A stretch of 64,000 bases of DNA, taken from NCBI GenBank assembly GCA_963727805.1, contig CAVSHF010000003.1, positions 2,176,001 to 2,240,000 of the forward strand, read 5' to 3'. The stretch is from an uncultured Nitrospiraceae bacterium. Its GTDB lineage: Bacteria; Nitrospirota; Thermodesulfovibrionia; Thermodesulfovibrionales; Dissulfurispiraceae. The notes beneath the pieces were generated by a model. The model was not told the origin of the DNA and searched no databases. It saw nothing but the letters and a program-made list of their open reading frames with translations. Below, in pieces: positions 9,552 to 20,938 of this stretch (within the stretch, counting starts at the first letter, position 1; each line of letters starts with the position of its first letter). The position numbers and the translations under genes were made by a program.

Positions 9552-10844
9552 TTATTGAAAAACCCTTTCAAAGATAAAGTCGATGTTTCGCAGATAATAA
9601 TCAAGGTCAAAGATTCCCCTGATTTCAGCCTCAGAAATATACTCGGCTATGTCCTTGTCTTTCAGCAGGAGTTCCATGAAACTCACTCCTCTGCTCCAGC
9701 TCTCCATGGCGTTTCTCTGGACCATAAGATAGGCGTCTTCGCGGACCATTCCCTTGTCGATCAGCGTGAGCAAGACCCTCTGCGAGTTGAAAAGACCATA
9801 GCTTCTCTCCATGTTCGCTTTCATCCTCTCGGGATAAACATGCAGGTCCTTCACAATACCCTGCAATCTGTTCAGCATATAGTCGATGAGAATCGTGCTG
9901 TCGGGAATTATGATCCTTTCGACTGATGAATGGGAAATGTCTCTTTCATGCCAGAGGGCTATATTTTCAAGTGCTGCAATGGCATTTGATCGTACAATCC
10001 TCGCCAGGCCAGTAAGATTTTCTGAGCCGACCGGATTCCTTTTGTGTGGCATAGCTGAAGACCCTTTCTGTCCCGCAGTAAATGGTTCTTCAGCTTCAAG
10101 GACCTCGGTCCGCTGTAGGTGCCTAATCTCAACGGCGATCTTCTCGATGCTACCCGCAACGAGAGCAAGAGATGTCATATATTCGGCATGCCGGTCGCGC
10201 TGCACTACCTGCGTAGCTACTGCCTCGGGAGTAAGGGCCAGTTTATTGCAGACCATCTCTTCTATCTCAGGGGGAATGTTAGAGAACGTACCGACAGCAC
10301 CTGAAATCTTTCCAACGTTGATAACTTCCCGCGCACGCTCAAGACGGGCTAAGCATCTTTTCGAATCTGCGTACCAGAGGGCAAATTTGAGCCCAAACGT
10401 CATAGGTTCAGCATGAATACCATGGCTCCTCCCCATGCAGGGGACATCCTTATACTTTAGAGCCTGAGTCTTAAAGACCTCCATAAGTTCCCTTAAATCA
10501 TTGATAATGAGGTCTGCTGCCTCTCTCATGAGCAGTGAAAGAGCAGTATCGACCACATCGGAGGATGTGAGGCCCTTGTGGATGAAGCGCGACTCGGGGC
10601 CTACAAACTCTGCAACTGAGGTAAGAAAAGATATTACGTCATGTTTAGTCGTCTTTTCAATTTCGTCAATCCTCGCGATGTCGAAATGCGCCTTTGCCTT
10701 TATGACCGAAAGAGTATCTTGGGGTATTTCTCCCAGCTCTGCCCAAGCCTCGCATACCGCAATCTCGACATCGAGCCATTTCTGAAACTTGTTTTCAGGT
10801 TCCCAGAGTGTACCCATTTCCTTTCGGGTATAACGCGATATCAT
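9552..10844 (-). CDS. purB: Adenylosuccinate lyase
   Basis: [25 protein letters not shown] signature. Confidence 0.97.
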   Translation of the reverse strand: MISRYTRKEMGTLWEPENKFQKWLDVEIAVCEAWAELGEIPQDTLSVIKAKAHFDIARIDEIEKTTKHDVISFLTSVAEFVGPESRFIHKGLTSSDVVDTALSLLMREAADLIINDLRELMEVFKTQALKYKDVPCMGRSHGIHAEPMTFGLKFALWYADSKRCLARLERAREVINVGKISGAVGTFSNIPPEIEEMVCNKLALTPEAVATQVVQRDRHAEYMTSLALVAGSIEKIAVEIRHLQRTEVLEAEEPFTAGQKGSSAMPHKRNPVGSENLTGLARIVRSNAIAALENIALWHERDISHSSVERIIIPDSTILIDYMLNRLQGIVKDLHVYPERMKANMERSYGLFNSQRVLLTLIDKGMVREDAYLMVQRNAMESWSRGVSFMELLLKDKDIAEYISEAEIRGIFDLDYYLRNIDFIFERVFQ

Positions 10845-10861
10845 CGTGCCTCCATATCTAT

Positions 10862-11737
10862 CTATAGAAAAAGCAACCGTTCTATTTTAATCGAGTCCTT
10901 CATTACTTTTCCAATGCCGAATATCTTGCCACCATTGTCTTTGAGCCTCATCATTGCGCCCGAGGCATGGCGGAAGTCGGGCAGCAAAAAAAGGGGGAGT
11001 GGATTCCCATTCCGTGCCTTCTTCAGGTCCTCTCCGGTCACACTCAATTCGGGCAGACGATCCAGCACGGTATCGATGGAATGGAGGGCAGACGGTTTTT
11101 GTGGCAATTCTTGAATCTTCGCTGAGTCCTCAATCCTGAAATTCCCCACCCGCGTCCTAATCAGATCCGTCATATGGGCACCGACGCCAAGGGCGTCGCC
11201 GATGTCACTGCAGAGCGAGCGCACATAGGTCCCTTTAGAACAGACGATTCTCAGGGTGAAGAAAGGACTCGCAAATCCGAGAATTTCTAGCACCCTGACC
11301 GTCACCTTTCGCGGCTTTCGGTCAACTTCTATTCCTTGGCGGGCAAGTTTATAGAGAGGTTTCCCCGAAACCTTCAGCGCTGAATACATTGGCGGTATCT
11401 GCTCGATTTCGCCGGTAAAACGAGAAAGTGTCTGCTCAACGTCATTGGCAGTGATTGTGAAGGCACAAGCCTTCCGAATGATCTTGCCTTCAGCATCAAG
11501 GGTATCGGTCGATTCGCCAAGCTTCGCTGTCGCGAGATATTCCTTTTCGAACGATTCTATGAGTGAGGAGATCTTTGTCGCCTCATTAAGGCAGACGAGC
11601 ATCACACCTGTTGCGAGTGGATCGAGGGTACCGGTATGCCCCGCCTTCTTAACTTTGAAGATCCTCCTTACCATGGTCACCGCATCCTGAGAGGTAATCC
11701 CTTTATCCTTGTTCAGATTTACGACGATATTCATCAC
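10862..11737 (-). CDS. truB: tRNA pseudouridine(55) synthase
   Basis: KAGHTGTLDPLATG, QIPPMYSALK, CSKGTYVRSL. Confidence 0.96.
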   Translation of the reverse strand: MMNIVVNLNKDKGITSQDAVTMVRRIFKVKKAGHTGTLDPLATGVMLVCLNEATKISSLIESFEKEYLATAKLGESTDTLDAEGKIIRKACAFTITANDVEQTLSRFTGEIEQIPPMYSALKVSGKPLYKLARQGIEVDRKPRKVTVRVLEILGFASPFFTLRIVCSKGTYVRSLCSDIGDALGVGAHMTDLIRTRVGNFRIEDSAKIQELPQKPSALHSIDTVLDRLPELSVTGEDLKKARNGNPLPLFLLPDFRHASGAMMRLKDNGGKIFGIGKVMKDSIKIERLLFL

Positions 11738-13824
11738 AGTTTGAACGACCCGATGCCCTTCAGTTCGATCACTACTAAATAGGAATAATCTGCAGGCGTT
11801 ACCAGAGAAGCGGGTCTTCGCGAAGTCACCAGGTCAATATTCCAGCACTGTTCCTTGTAGGTTGTCTTGATTGTGAAATCCCTAAGCCCCGGTCCCTTTG
11901 CATCGTATCCAGTATTGGCAGTGAACACCCAATGCTTGCTTATAGGAGCGCTAATACCCAAAGTAAAAAGCAGCAGGTTGTCTATCATCGAATACCTTTC
12001 CCCCAGGGCGAGACTGATATCCCTGAATACCCTGAAACTGACAACCGAATTGATGTTATCCAGCCGGCCGGTTTTCAAAGCGTAGGCTACGTCGAAAAAG
12101 AAATTCGCCGGGAGTGCCGGCCCTATTGCCGCTCCTTCCAGTCGTGTAGGGAGCAGGGAGAAAGCGTTTCCCGCTGTAGTAGACAAGCTGTCGCTCGGGT
12201 AACTATTGCCGTCTGCTGAATTGAGACCCCCTGGAGGATAGCCATAGGGTTGTGAAAGCCGAAGCGAAATATTGAGTCCCTCGAACATGAGTTTATTGGA
12301 AAGGGAAAGAGTCACAAGAGAGCTTTTGGTCGGAAGCTCAGTTGAATCAAAGAGCGGCAGCGCCTTCGCCGAAGGGATGAAAGTATACTCGAGTGCCGGT
12401 TCGACAATATGCAGGAAAGAACCATAGTCCCTGATGAAACGCGTCTGGGCCTGTGCCGTGTACTGGAACATCTCCCGGTGAGGAGATGATCCGAAACTCC
12501 CCCCATCCATGAGATTATACGCCGTTTCCCTGAGGGAAATCGCTTGGGTCAAGCGTATCGCATCTCCGAAAGAATATGAAAGTGTGGGCTGAATATCCAT
12601 CCTCTGGCCATGTGGATCATCTGTGCGAATAAAATTCGCGGCACTCGCCGAGAGAGTAAATATAGCTGGACCAACAGCAGTCGGATTGATAACATACCCA
12701 AGCTCAGGGAGCTTTTGCGGCACGTGTTCTGCAACCCCTGGCAATAAATTCACCCAGTCCTGGCTGAGGATATAGAGTCTTGAATTATTCAGCGGGACAG
12801 ACGCCTCAGCGGACGACTGCATGAAACGGCTGATATTCGCCTGGAAATCTTTTGGATATTCTTGGTTATACAATGCATTATTAACATAATTAACGTCGAG
12901 GAAGGCCTGAATATCGCCCGTTTTATATTTATCATTAACCTTAACTTCAACAAAGTCCTTATGCAGCTCGTTGTCCCTGATGTGATAGGCATACCAGGTC
13001 CCCGAGTGATTAAAGTCGAGAAAGCGGTATTCCACTCCGGTGCCTATCCCTCTCTTGCTAAAGTAATCCATATTGAAAGTTGCGTCCTTGTTTTCATCAA
13101 TAGCCCAGAAGAACGAATCACTGAAGCGGACACCTTTAGTCGAACTATTCCCGATCATCGGCAACTCAAATCCGGTCACGCGACTACTCCCTACCCCCGT
13201 CCAAAGATACGGCCAATAGAACACCGGTGTCTTTTTTACACGGTACGTGACATTCTTTGCCGACATCGTATCTCCAACCAGAATGTCGGCATCATCTGCC
13301 TTGAAACACCAATCGGGCCTCTGAGAAACAGGAATTTTCTCGGAGGTCAGGACTTTCGCGATCCGGTACGCTTCAGAATCGCAGTTAGTGATAAAGGCGG
13401 TCTTCGCATAATAATGGTTCTCACCGAGTTTCTGCATGTTCATACCATCGATCCACACCTTGTCCTTCTTGGAGAAAATGATGGCATTGTGCAAAGTTCC
13501 AGTATTGTCGTTGAGGTTGAATTCCGCCTGTTCGGTATTAATAAGGTAATCCTTATCGTCGATCGAGACATGCCCCGTCAATTCCGCATCTCCCGTCTCA
13601 TCGAAATAGACAGCGCTATCGGCCAAGACAATAGAGCTGTCTTTAACTATCTTGACGTTTCCTATCGCCACATATCTCTGCTCTTCCTTGTAGTACTCCA
13701 AGCTGTCGGCGTCGATGGTAGTCCCTTCGGCGTGGCCAACGGCAGGAAAAAATACCACGCCCAGGGAGATTCCCAGGCCTGCAACCAGAAAGAGTAGTTG
13801 TCGCATAGCATCCACGAAAGTCAC
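11734..13824 (-). CDS. lptD: LPS-assembly outer membrane protein (start uncertain)
   Basis: Signal peptide, OstA-like N-terminus (IDADSLEY), beta-barrel, C-terminal QCW..IELKG. Confidence 0.85.
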   Translation of the reverse strand: MTFVDAMRQLLFLVAGLGISLGVVFFPAVGHAEGTTIDADSLEYYKEEQRYVAIGNVKIVKDSSIVLADSAVYFDETGDAELTGHVSIDDKDYLINTEQAEFNLNDNTGTLHNAIIFSKKDKVWIDGMNMQKLGENHYYAKTAFITNCDSEAYRIAKVLTSEKIPVSQRPDWCFKADDADILVGDTMSAKNVTYRVKKTPVFYWPYLWTGVGSSRVTGFELPMIGNSSTKGVRFSDSFFWAIDENKDATFNMDYFSKRGIGTGVEYRFLDFNHSGTWYAYHIRDNELHKDFVEVKVNDKYKTGDIQAFLDVNYVNNALYNQEYPKDFQANISRFMQSSAEASVPLNNSRLYILSQDWVNLLPGVAEHVPQKLPELGYVINPTAVGPAIFTLSASAANFIRTDDPHGQRMDIQPTLSYSFGDAIRLTQAISLRETAYNLMDGGSFGSSPHREMFQYTAQAQTRFIRDYGSFLHIVEPALEYTFIPSAKALPLFDSTELPTKSSLVTLSLSNKLMFEGLNISLRLSQPYGYPPGGLNSADGNSYPSDSLSTTAGNAFSLLPTRLEGAAIGPALPANFFFDVAYALKTGRLDNINSVVSFRVFRDISLALGERYSMIDNLLLFTLGISAPISKHWVFTANTGYDAKGPGLRDFTIKTTYKEQCWNIDLVTSRRPASLVTPADYSYLVVIELKGIGSFKL

Positions 13825-15179
13825 AACGCCTCCCTTAGGGTGCCCAGTATCGACTTCTCCCCGAAGGATTCCATCGCTTCGCCCGCGGTATAGAAAGAAC
13901 CCGTAACGACAATAACCGCAAGGCTTTTCTCCGAATAGAGTATCTGACGCTCTTTCGCCATAGCCATGGCTTCCCTTACGCTCGAGGTAACCCGCACATT
14001 TGTGAATCCTGCACCCCTCGCAAGCTCGCCGAGTCGGTCAGGGGATTCGGCCCTGTTGTATGCGGGCGCCGTAAAAATCGTCTCTGTGGCAACAGGCAGC
14101 AGTGCGTTAAGTATATTCTCAATCTCTTTATCCGCCATAATCCCCAGCACAAGGATAATTTTCCGTCCCGCCAGATATTTCGTGATAAATCCGGCAAGAG
14201 CCGTGGCTGCAGCAGTGTTGTGTGCCCCATCGACAATGATCGGGGGATCGGCACTGACAAGTTCGAGCCTGCCTCGCCACCGAGTTGCCGCAAGCCCCAT
14301 CCTTATCGTTGACGAACTATCGATCTTCTGGTCCTTCACACTTCTTGCTTTTGCCCTTTGAAGGATGACAAAAACGGCCTTTATCGCAAGCGAGGCATTC
14401 ATACCCTGATACTCTCCAGCAAGAGGGGTGAATAGTCCTTCCATCCTTACTCGGCCGTTTGAGTAGTTGAAATGGGTGCCTTCTATGCCGGATGATACAA
14501 TGACGCTAGTGAAGTCTTCTCCATAAACAAAAAGGGGGGCTGATTTCTCACGGGCGGCTCTCGCAATCACCTCCGCCGCTTCGGGCAGTTGTGATGCGCA
14601 GACGACCGGGATGCCCTCTTTTATAATCCCCGCCTTTTCCCCAGCGATTTCGGAGAGACTTTCACCAAGGAATTCACGGTGATCATAACCTATACTCGTT
14701 ATGACTGAAACATCAGGGGTGATGACATTGGTGGCATCGAGTCTGCCGCCCATGCCCGTTTCGACAACGACCCAATCAACCTTGTGTCGGACAAAATGAA
14801 CAAAGGCAATCGCCGTTACAACCTCGAAAAAAGTGGGATTCAGCTTTTTATCGGCTTTTTCAATTTTAAAGCGAATTTCGTTTGTAAGGTCTGCCACTTC
14901 GGATTCTGTGATCTCATGGTCATTGATCTTGATCCTCTCCGTGAAACTCACGAGATGCGGAGAAGTGAAAAGTCCGACCCTGAATCCTTGTGCCTTCAGG
15001 ATCGAAGCGATCATGGCAGACACCGACCCTTTGCCATTGGTCCCGGCGACATGAAGACATCTTAATCGTTTATGGGGATTGCCGATGAGGGAGAGGATCA
15101 CCTCTGTTTTTTCGAGACCAAGCTTGATGCCGTGTTTCTGAAGACTATATAAATAGTCGATCGCGGCATGGTAGCTCAT
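13821..15179 (-). CDS. folC: Folylpolyglutamate synthase / dihydrofolate synthase
   Basis: HVAGTNGKGS, TSPHL, ETGMGGRLDATNV, DGAHN. Confidence 0.96.
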   Translation of the reverse strand: MSYHAAIDYLYSLQKHGIKLGLEKTEVILSLIGNPHKRLRCLHVAGTNGKGSVSAMIASILKAQGFRVGLFTSPHLVSFTERIKINDHEITESEVADLTNEIRFKIEKADKKLNPTFFEVVTAIAFVHFVRHKVDWVVVETGMGGRLDATNVITPDVSVITSIGYDHREFLGESLSEIAGEKAGIIKEGIPVVCASQLPEAAEVIARAAREKSAPLFVYGEDFTSVIVSSGIEGTHFNYSNGRVRMEGLFTPLAGEYQGMNASLAIKAVFVILQRAKARSVKDQKIDSSSTIRMGLAATRWRGRLELVSADPPIIVDGAHNTAAATALAGFITKYLAGRKIILVLGIMADKEIENILNALLPVATETIFTAPAYNRAESPDRLGELARGAGFTNVRVTSSVREAMAMAKERQILYSEKSLAVIVVTGSFYTAGEAMESFGEKSILGTLREAL

Positions 15180-16036
15180 GGTTTCGTCAGATCCTGGGAC
15201 GCGGGCATAAAATGCTCGATTAACTTGTAGATCGTGTTCTTCAATTCCCGCCTCTCAACGACAAGATCAATCATACCGTGATCGAGTAGAAACTCAGCCC
15301 GCTGGAAATTTTCAGGTAGCTGTTGTTTAATCGTCTGCTCGATGACCCTCTGCCCGGCAAAACCGATAAGCGATTTTGGCTCGGCAATGATAACGTCCCC
15401 CAGCATCGCGAAACTTGCAGTAACGCCACCGAAAGTCGGGTCAGCGAGAATGGACAGGTAAAGAATATCGGAATCCTTCAGCCTGGAGATTGCTGCCGAG
15501 ACCTTTGCCATCTGCATCAAGGAGAACATTCCTTCCTGCATCCGAGCCCCGCCTGATGCCGAAACAGTGATGAGCGGGACCCTCTTTTCGAGGGCACGCT
15601 CGGCAGCACGCGTGATCTTTTCTCCAACGACCGAACCCATGCTTCCGCCCCAGAACGAAAAATCCATGATTGCAAGTGCCACCGGCCTCATATTTATGCT
15701 TGCATCCCCGTATATCACTGCTTCAGACAGGTCGCTCTTCTGCCGGTATTCATCAAGTCGATCCATATATGAGACCTTGTCTTTGAAGTGAAGCGGGTCA
15801 GTGGATGTCAGATCGCTGTCCAGTTCGCCAAAGCTCCCGTCATCAATGATGTAATTGATGCGTTCCCGTGCGCTGATCCTGAAGTGGTAGTTGCACTTGG
15901 GACAGACCTGGAGGTTCTTCTCGATCTCCTTCTTGTAAATGATCTCCTTGCAGCTGTCGCATTTGATCCACAAGCCTTCGGGAATCTTGACCTTCTTCTC
16001 GGTCTTTATCTCTTTTCTTTTTTTGAACCAGCTCAA
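15176..16036 (-). CDS. accD: Acetyl-CoA carboxylase carboxyltransferase beta subunit
   Basis: Zn finger CDSC..CPKC, GGSMGSVVGEK, SGGARMQEG. Confidence 0.97.
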   Translation of the reverse strand: MSWFKKRKEIKTEKKVKIPEGLWIKCDSCKEIIYKKEIEKNLQVCPKCNYHFRISARERINYIIDDGSFGELDSDLTSTDPLHFKDKVSYMDRLDEYRQKSDLSEAVIYGDASINMRPVALAIMDFSFWGGSMGSVVGEKITRAAERALEKRVPLITVSASGGARMQEGMFSLMQMAKVSAAISRLKDSDILYLSILADPTFGGVTASFAMLGDVIIAEPKSLIGFAGQRVIEQTIKQQLPENFQRAEFLLDHGMIDLVVERRELKNTIYKLIEHFMPASQDLTKP

Positions 16037-16806
16037 ATTGCCGCTCTCAGTTTTTCGATGAAGACCCTAGCATTATCGGGGTCTTCGTAGAATTTTTTTA
16101 CGATGGCGCTTCCGACGATTACCCCATCGGCCACCGTCGCCATATTCACTGCATCTTCGGGCGTCGATATCCCAAACCCGATGGCTACCGGCTTGCCGGT
16201 CATTTCCCTAAGCTTGCCGACATGATTTCTAAAATGCTCTTCGAGGGAGAGCTTCGTCCCGGTGATGCCAGTCATCGAAACATAATAGATGAATCCCCGC
16301 GATGCGGCCACGATTTTTTTCATTCTTTCTTCTGTCGAAGTCGGCGCAACAAGGAATATTGTATCGAGCTCTCTCGAACGGCAACATCTTATCAGAGACG
16401 CTGCTTCTTCCGGAGGGAGGTCGGGGATAATGAGCCCGTCGACTCCGGCATCTGATGCATCAGCAACAAAAGTTTCTTCTCCGTATTTGAAGATAGGGTT
16501 GTAATACGTCATGAAGATAACTGGTATTTGTGAATATTTTCTGAGATCTCTCATAAAGGCGAGCATCTTCCTTAGGGAGGCTCTCGCCTCGAGTGCCCTT
16601 TCTGCAGCGCGCTGGATAGTGGGTCCATCGGCAACCGGATCGGAAAAGGGGACACCGAGCTCAACGATATCGGCGCCGCAATCTTCTAGCAGGAGGACTC
16701 GCTCCATCGTCTTTTGAAGATCGGGATCCCCGGCCATAATATAGGGGATAAAGGCTTTCCTGCCGGTCTCTTTCAGTTTCTTAAATGTCTTATCTATCCT
16801 GTTCAA
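16033..16806 (-). CDS. trpA: Tryptophan synthase alpha subunit
   Basis: ELGVPFSDPVADGPTIQ, GFGIS, GVIVGSA. Confidence 0.97.
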   Translation of the reverse strand: MNRIDKTFKKLKETGRKAFIPYIMAGDPDLQKTMERVLLLEDCGADIVELGVPFSDPVADGPTIQRAAERALEARASLRKMLAFMRDLRKYSQIPVIFMTYYNPIFKYGEETFVADASDAGVDGLIIPDLPPEEAASLIRCCRSRELDTIFLVAPTSTEERMKKIVAASRGFIYYVSMTGITGTKLSLEEHFRNHVGKLREMTGKPVAIGFGISTPEDAVNMATVADGVIVGSAIVKKFYEDPDNARVFIEKLRAAI

Positions 16807-16823
16807 ATACTATCCTCGCTGGT

Positions 16824-18035
16824 TCAGATTAATTCTATCCCTTTGATTCGCGCCACCTGTTGCACATCCTTGTCGCCGCGTCCCGAAAGATTGACAATAA
16901 TAATCTTGTCCTTTGGCAACTCGGGAGCGAACTTCGTAACCTCTGCAAGTGCGTGGGCTGATTCGAGAGCGGGGATGATTCCTTCAGTCCGTGAAAGGAG
17001 TTCAAAAGCTGCGAGTGCCTCATCATCGACGGCGTAAGTATATTGTATGCGGCCTGAATCCTTCAAAAATGCATGCTGCGGCCCCACGGATGCGTAATCG
17101 AGACCCGCTGATACCGAATGCGTTTCGAGTACATTGCCATCATCATCCTGGAGCAGGTAAGTCCTGCATCCCTGGAGGACTCCGATAGAACCTCCTGCAA
17201 ACCGAGCTGCATGTTCTCCGGTTTCGATGCCTTTGCCCCCCGCCTCGACGCCGATCATTTTTATGTCATCGGAAAGAAATTCGTTGAACAGACCCATGGC
17301 GTTGCTCCCGCCACCCACACAAGCGATCAGGTAGTCGGGCAGTCTACCCTCGGCCTTGAGTATCTGCTTTTTCGCCTCTCTGCCGATCACAGCCTGAAAG
17401 TCCCTCACTACTGCTGGAAAGGGATGCGGCCCGAAAACTGTACCGAGCACGTAATGGGTCGTTCTCACATTAGCGGTCCAATCGCGCATGGATTCATTGA
17501 TAGCGTCTTTGAGGGTTTGCGAGCCAATAGACACCTCGTTCACTTTTGCTCCGAGAAGCTTCATCCTGAAAACATTCAGGGCCTGCCGCTTCATGTCAAC
17601 CGAACCCATGTAAATCTCGCACTCGAGATCGACAAGGGCGGCTCCCGTGGCCGTTGCAACACCGTGCTGACCGGCACCGGTTTCAGCAATAATCCGTTTT
17701 TTACCCATCTTTTTTGCTAGTAGGGCTTGGCCAATAGCGTTGTTGATCTTGTGTGCGCCGGTATGGGCAAGGTCTTCTCTTTTTAGGTAGATCTTTGCGC
17801 CCCCGAGATGCTCCGTAAGCCTCTTCGCAAAATAGAGTGGCGTCGGTCTGCCAATATACGTTCTCTGCAGAAGTTCGAGTTCGTCCTGAAAGGCTTTGTT
17901 ATGCTTCGCTTTTGCGTATTCCGCTTCAAGCTCCATAAGAGCAGGCATGAGGGTCTCAGGGGCGAACCTTCCCCCGTAGTTTCCGAAATAGCCTCTTTGA
18001 TCGGGTAATTTTTTTATGGTCTTACTGTCGCTCAT
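16824..18035 (-). CDS. trpB: Tryptophan synthase beta subunit (type 1)
   Basis: [28 protein letters not shown]. Confidence 0.97.
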   Translation of the reverse strand: MSDSKTIKKLPDQRGYFGNYGGRFAPETLMPALMELEAEYAKAKHNKAFQDELELLQRTYIGRPTPLYFAKRLTEHLGGAKIYLKREDLAHTGAHKINNAIGQALLAKKMGKKRIIAETGAGQHGVATATGAALVDLECEIYMGSVDMKRQALNVFRMKLLGAKVNEVSIGSQTLKDAINESMRDWTANVRTTHYVLGTVFGPHPFPAVVRDFQAVIGREAKKQILKAEGRLPDYLIACVGGGSNAMGLFNEFLSDDIKMIGVEAGGKGIETGEHAARFAGGSIGVLQGCRTYLLQDDDGNVLETHSVSAGLDYASVGPQHAFLKDSGRIQYTYAVDDEALAAFELLSRTEGIIPALESAHALAEVTKFAPELPKDKIIIVNLSGRGDKDVQQVARIKGIELI

Positions 18036-18157
18036 AAAGTCAATTATTATATCATATTTCCTTGTAATTCAGTCCGCTATACGCAGTTTGCCCATGCTCT
18101 TATCATGCCCTTTTATGCTAAAATAGTTTTTACGAACTTATACCCCCTGGAGGAACT

Positions 18158-19513
18158 ATGTCGGAGACCAAGATTATCCTTTCTGAAAAAGAGATCCCAT
18201 CACAATGGTACAACATCATTGCGGATATGCCGAACCCTCCCAAGCCGCCTCTTCATCCCGCCACGAGGCAGCCGGTAGGCCCTGATGATTTAAGCGCTAT
18301 ATTCCCCATGGCCCTTATCGAGCAGGAGGTTTCAGGGCAGAGGTGGATCGATATCCCTGAAGAGGTGCGTGAGATTTATACACTCTGGAGACCCTCTCCG
18401 CTCTTCCGGGCCAAAAGGCTGGAGGCTTTCCTGAAAACACCGGCAAGAATATATTACAAATACGAAGGGGTAAGCCCTGCAGGGAGTCACAAGCCTAACA
18501 CAGCCATCCCGCAGGCTTATTATAACAAAAAGGCCGGCATCAGAAGGATCGCTACTGAGACGGGTGCCGGACAGTGGGGCTCGTCGATGGCCCTTGCAGG
18601 GACCATGTTCGGGCTCGATGTGACCGTTTATATGGTCAAAGTAAGTTATAACCAGAAGCCCTATCGTAGAATCGCTATGGAAACTTGGGGTGCTACAGTT
18701 CACGCCAGCCCATCGAACATAACCAACTCAGGAAGGAAGGCGCTTGAGGACTACCCTGATAGTCCGGGTAGTCTCGGATTAGCAATATCTGAAGCCGTAG
18801 AAGATGCGGCGACCCACTCTGACACAAATTATGCCCTCGGGTCAGTGCTCAACCATGTCGTCCTTCACCAGACAATCATTGGACAGGAGGTCAGGAAACA
18901 GCTTGCTTCAATAGGTGATTATCCCGATATCATCATCGGCTGCTGCGGAGGGGGGTCCAACTTCGGAGGCATCGCCTTCCCTTTCCTTGCTGATAAGATC
19001 CATGGGAAAGAGCTCAGGGCTATCGCCGTCGAGCCGAGTTCCTGCCCGACCCTGACAAAGGGAGACTTTAGGTACGACTTCGGAGATACAGCCGGGCTGA
19101 CACCGTTTCTGATGATGTACACCCTCGGCCACGATTTTATGCCCCCTGGTATCCACGCCGGCGGTCTCCGTTATCACGGCGATTCACCACTCGTCTCTCA
19201 ACTCTATAAAGACGGAATAATCGAGGCCAGAGCCTATCGCCAGTTGACCGTATTTGAAGCGGCAATGACCTTTGCAAAGACCGAGGCAATCATTCCTGCC
19301 CCGGAGAGTGCCCACGCCATCAGGGCCGCAATTGATGAGGCGCTCTTGTGCAAGGAAGAAGGCAAGGAGAAATGCATCCTATTTAACCTCAGCGGGCACG
19401 GCTATCTCGACCTCGCTGCTTACGACGATTATCTTAACGGGAAACTTGTAGATTTCGAGTATCCCGATGAGTCAATAAGGGAATCGCTGGCAAAGCTGCC
19501 TGTGATAAAGTAA
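18158..19513 (+). CDS. trpB2: TrpB2 (type 2 tryptophan synthase beta-like PLP enzyme)
   Basis: [36 protein letters not shown]. Confidence 0.93.
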   Translation: MSETKIILSEKEIPSQWYNIIADMPNPPKPPLHPATRQPVGPDDLSAIFPMALIEQEVSGQRWIDIPEEVREIYTLWRPSPLFRAKRLEAFLKTPARIYYKYEGVSPAGSHKPNTAIPQAYYNKKAGIRRIATETGAGQWGSSMALAGTMFGLDVTVYMVKVSYNQKPYRRIAMETWGATVHASPSNITNSGRKALEDYPDSPGSLGLAISEAVEDAATHSDTNYALGSVLNHVVLHQTIIGQEVRKQLASIGDYPDIIIGCCGGGSNFGGIAFPFLADKIHGKELRAIAVEPSSCPTLTKGDFRYDFGDTAGLTPFLMMYTLGHDFMPPGIHAGGLRYHGDSPLVSQLYKDGIIEARAYRQLTVFEAAMTFAKTEAIIPAPESAHAIRAAIDEALLCKEEGKEKCILFNLSGHGYLDLAAYDDYLNGKLVDFEYPDESIRESLAKLPVIK

Positions 19514-19539
19514 TTCTCAGCACTGCACGGACAGTAACC

Positions 19540-19606
19540 GTCATGAACCGACGTGACTGGACAATCCAGTGAAGACCTGAATGGTCCAGTCAAGCCGGAG
19601 CATGGC
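19540..19606. repeat. Imperfect palindromic intergenic element (REP/RPE-like)
   Basis: GTCATG..GTGACTGGACAATCCAG / CTGAATGGTCCAGTCAAG..CATGGC inverted arms around a 7-nt loop. Confidence 0.65.
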
Positions 19607-19624
19607 AAACATCCTGAGGTACTT

Positions 19625-20236
19625 ATGAAGGTCAAGATCTGCGGCATTACGAATCTGGACGATGCTCTCGCTGCAGTCGATTATGGCGCCGATGCTCTCG
19701 GCTTTGTATTTTATCCGAAGAGTCCCCGATGTGTAACGACTGATAAGGTGAGAGAGATAACGACACAATTGCCACCCTTCGTCATTACCGTCGGCGTATT
19801 TGTGAATGAAGAACCGGAAAAGATACGAGAGATTATGGCGTTGGCAAATCTTAAGACGCTTCAGCTCCAGGGAGATGAGCCACCTCAAGATTGTTCAATT
19901 TGGACCCCAACGATTAAGGCGTTCCGGGTCAAGGATTTTATCGACCTCAACCCACTTGAGCATTATAAAGGCATATCTGCATACCTGCTCGATACCTATG
20001 CGCCGTCATCTTATGGAGGAACAGGACAGATCTTCAACTGGGATATTGCCCTGGAAGCGAAGAGGTTCGGCAAGATTATTCTTGCAGGTGGATTGACGCC
20101 TGAGAACATCGAAAAGGCTGTCCGTTGGGTGAAGCCTTATGCCGTTGATGTCAGCAGCGGCGTCGAGGCAGAGAAAGGTAAAAAAAACCTGAAGAAGGTG
20201 AAGGAGTTTATCCAAAGAGCGAAAATCTCTTCGTGA
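19625..20236 (+). CDS. trpF: Phosphoribosylanthranilate isomerase
   Basis: MKVKICGIT, GFVFYPKSPR, GGTG, LAGGL, DVSSGVE; GAGG RBS before ATG 19625. Confidence 0.95.
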   Translation: MKVKICGITNLDDALAAVDYGADALGFVFYPKSPRCVTTDKVREITTQLPPFVITVGVFVNEEPEKIREIMALANLKTLQLQGDEPPQDCSIWTPTIKAFRVKDFIDLNPLEHYKGISAYLLDTYAPSSYGGTGQIFNWDIALEAKRFGKIILAGGLTPENIEKAVRWVKPYAVDVSSGVEAEKGKKNLKKVKEFIQRAKISS

Positions 20237-20261
20237 TAACACTTTGACAGGCCCAGCTTAA

Positions 20262-20882
20262 TTATGAACGTTGTCGGCTCCTGAAATTCTCATCTTTGGC
20301 AGTTTTTAGAAAAACATCAATCTCTGTGCTCAACATCAGGGGAAGGTATCTTTCTATCGTTGCATCATCCCAATCCCACCAACGCACCTCCAACAAACTG
20401 CTTATCGTTTTGTCGTCAAATCGCATCTTTACAATTCTGGCCGGGTTGCCGGCTGATATTGAATATGCCGGGACATCCTTAGTCACAACTGCCCTAGTCG
20501 CGATAACTGCTCCGTCTCCGATATTGACTCCTGACATGATTATCGCTTCAGCACCGATCCAAACATCGTTACCGATAATAACATCCCCTTTTGTTTTGGG
20601 ATGTCCTTTGATATGCCGGGCGTATTGCCACTTCATATTGAATGGATAGGTCGTAACCCAATCCGTTCTGTGTTCACCACCTAGAAATATCTGAACGCCT
20701 GGCCCAAATGAACAGAATGCTCCTATACTGGCTTTGCTGTCGCCTTCACAAAAAAGGATCGTAAGGTCACCGTAAGTTCCTTTACCTATCTCATGCTGAG
20801 GATATTTATCCTGAAGAGTATTCGCTGTCTTTTTCTCTTGCTCGCAGCCGAAGAGTCTGCACAGTCGCATTAGTAAACTCAT
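20262..20882 (-). CDS. CatB/Vat-related hexapeptide-repeat O-acetyltransferase
   Basis: GGEHRTDWVTTYPF, KGDVIIGNDVWIG, AGNPA, WWDW. Confidence 0.88.
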   Translation of the reverse strand: MSLLMRLCRLFGCEQEKKTANTLQDKYPQHEIGKGTYGDLTILFCEGDSKASIGAFCSFGPGVQIFLGGEHRTDWVTTYPFNMKWQYARHIKGHPKTKGDVIIGNDVWIGAEAIIMSGVNIGDGAVIATRAVVTKDVPAYSISAGNPARIVKMRFDDKTISSLLEVRWWDWDDATIERYLPLMLSTEIDVFLKTAKDENFRSRQRS

Positions 20883-20938
20883 GATACTCTCCCGTCTTTT
20901 TACCTGTGATGCTCCGAATTATACATCTCTCAAGACGC

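Noticed and set aside
12862..13797. 311-aa plus-strand ORF and the many other antisense or overlapping ORFs in the track
   Set aside because: They lie opposite or within well-supported genes (here lptD) and show no recognisable motifs
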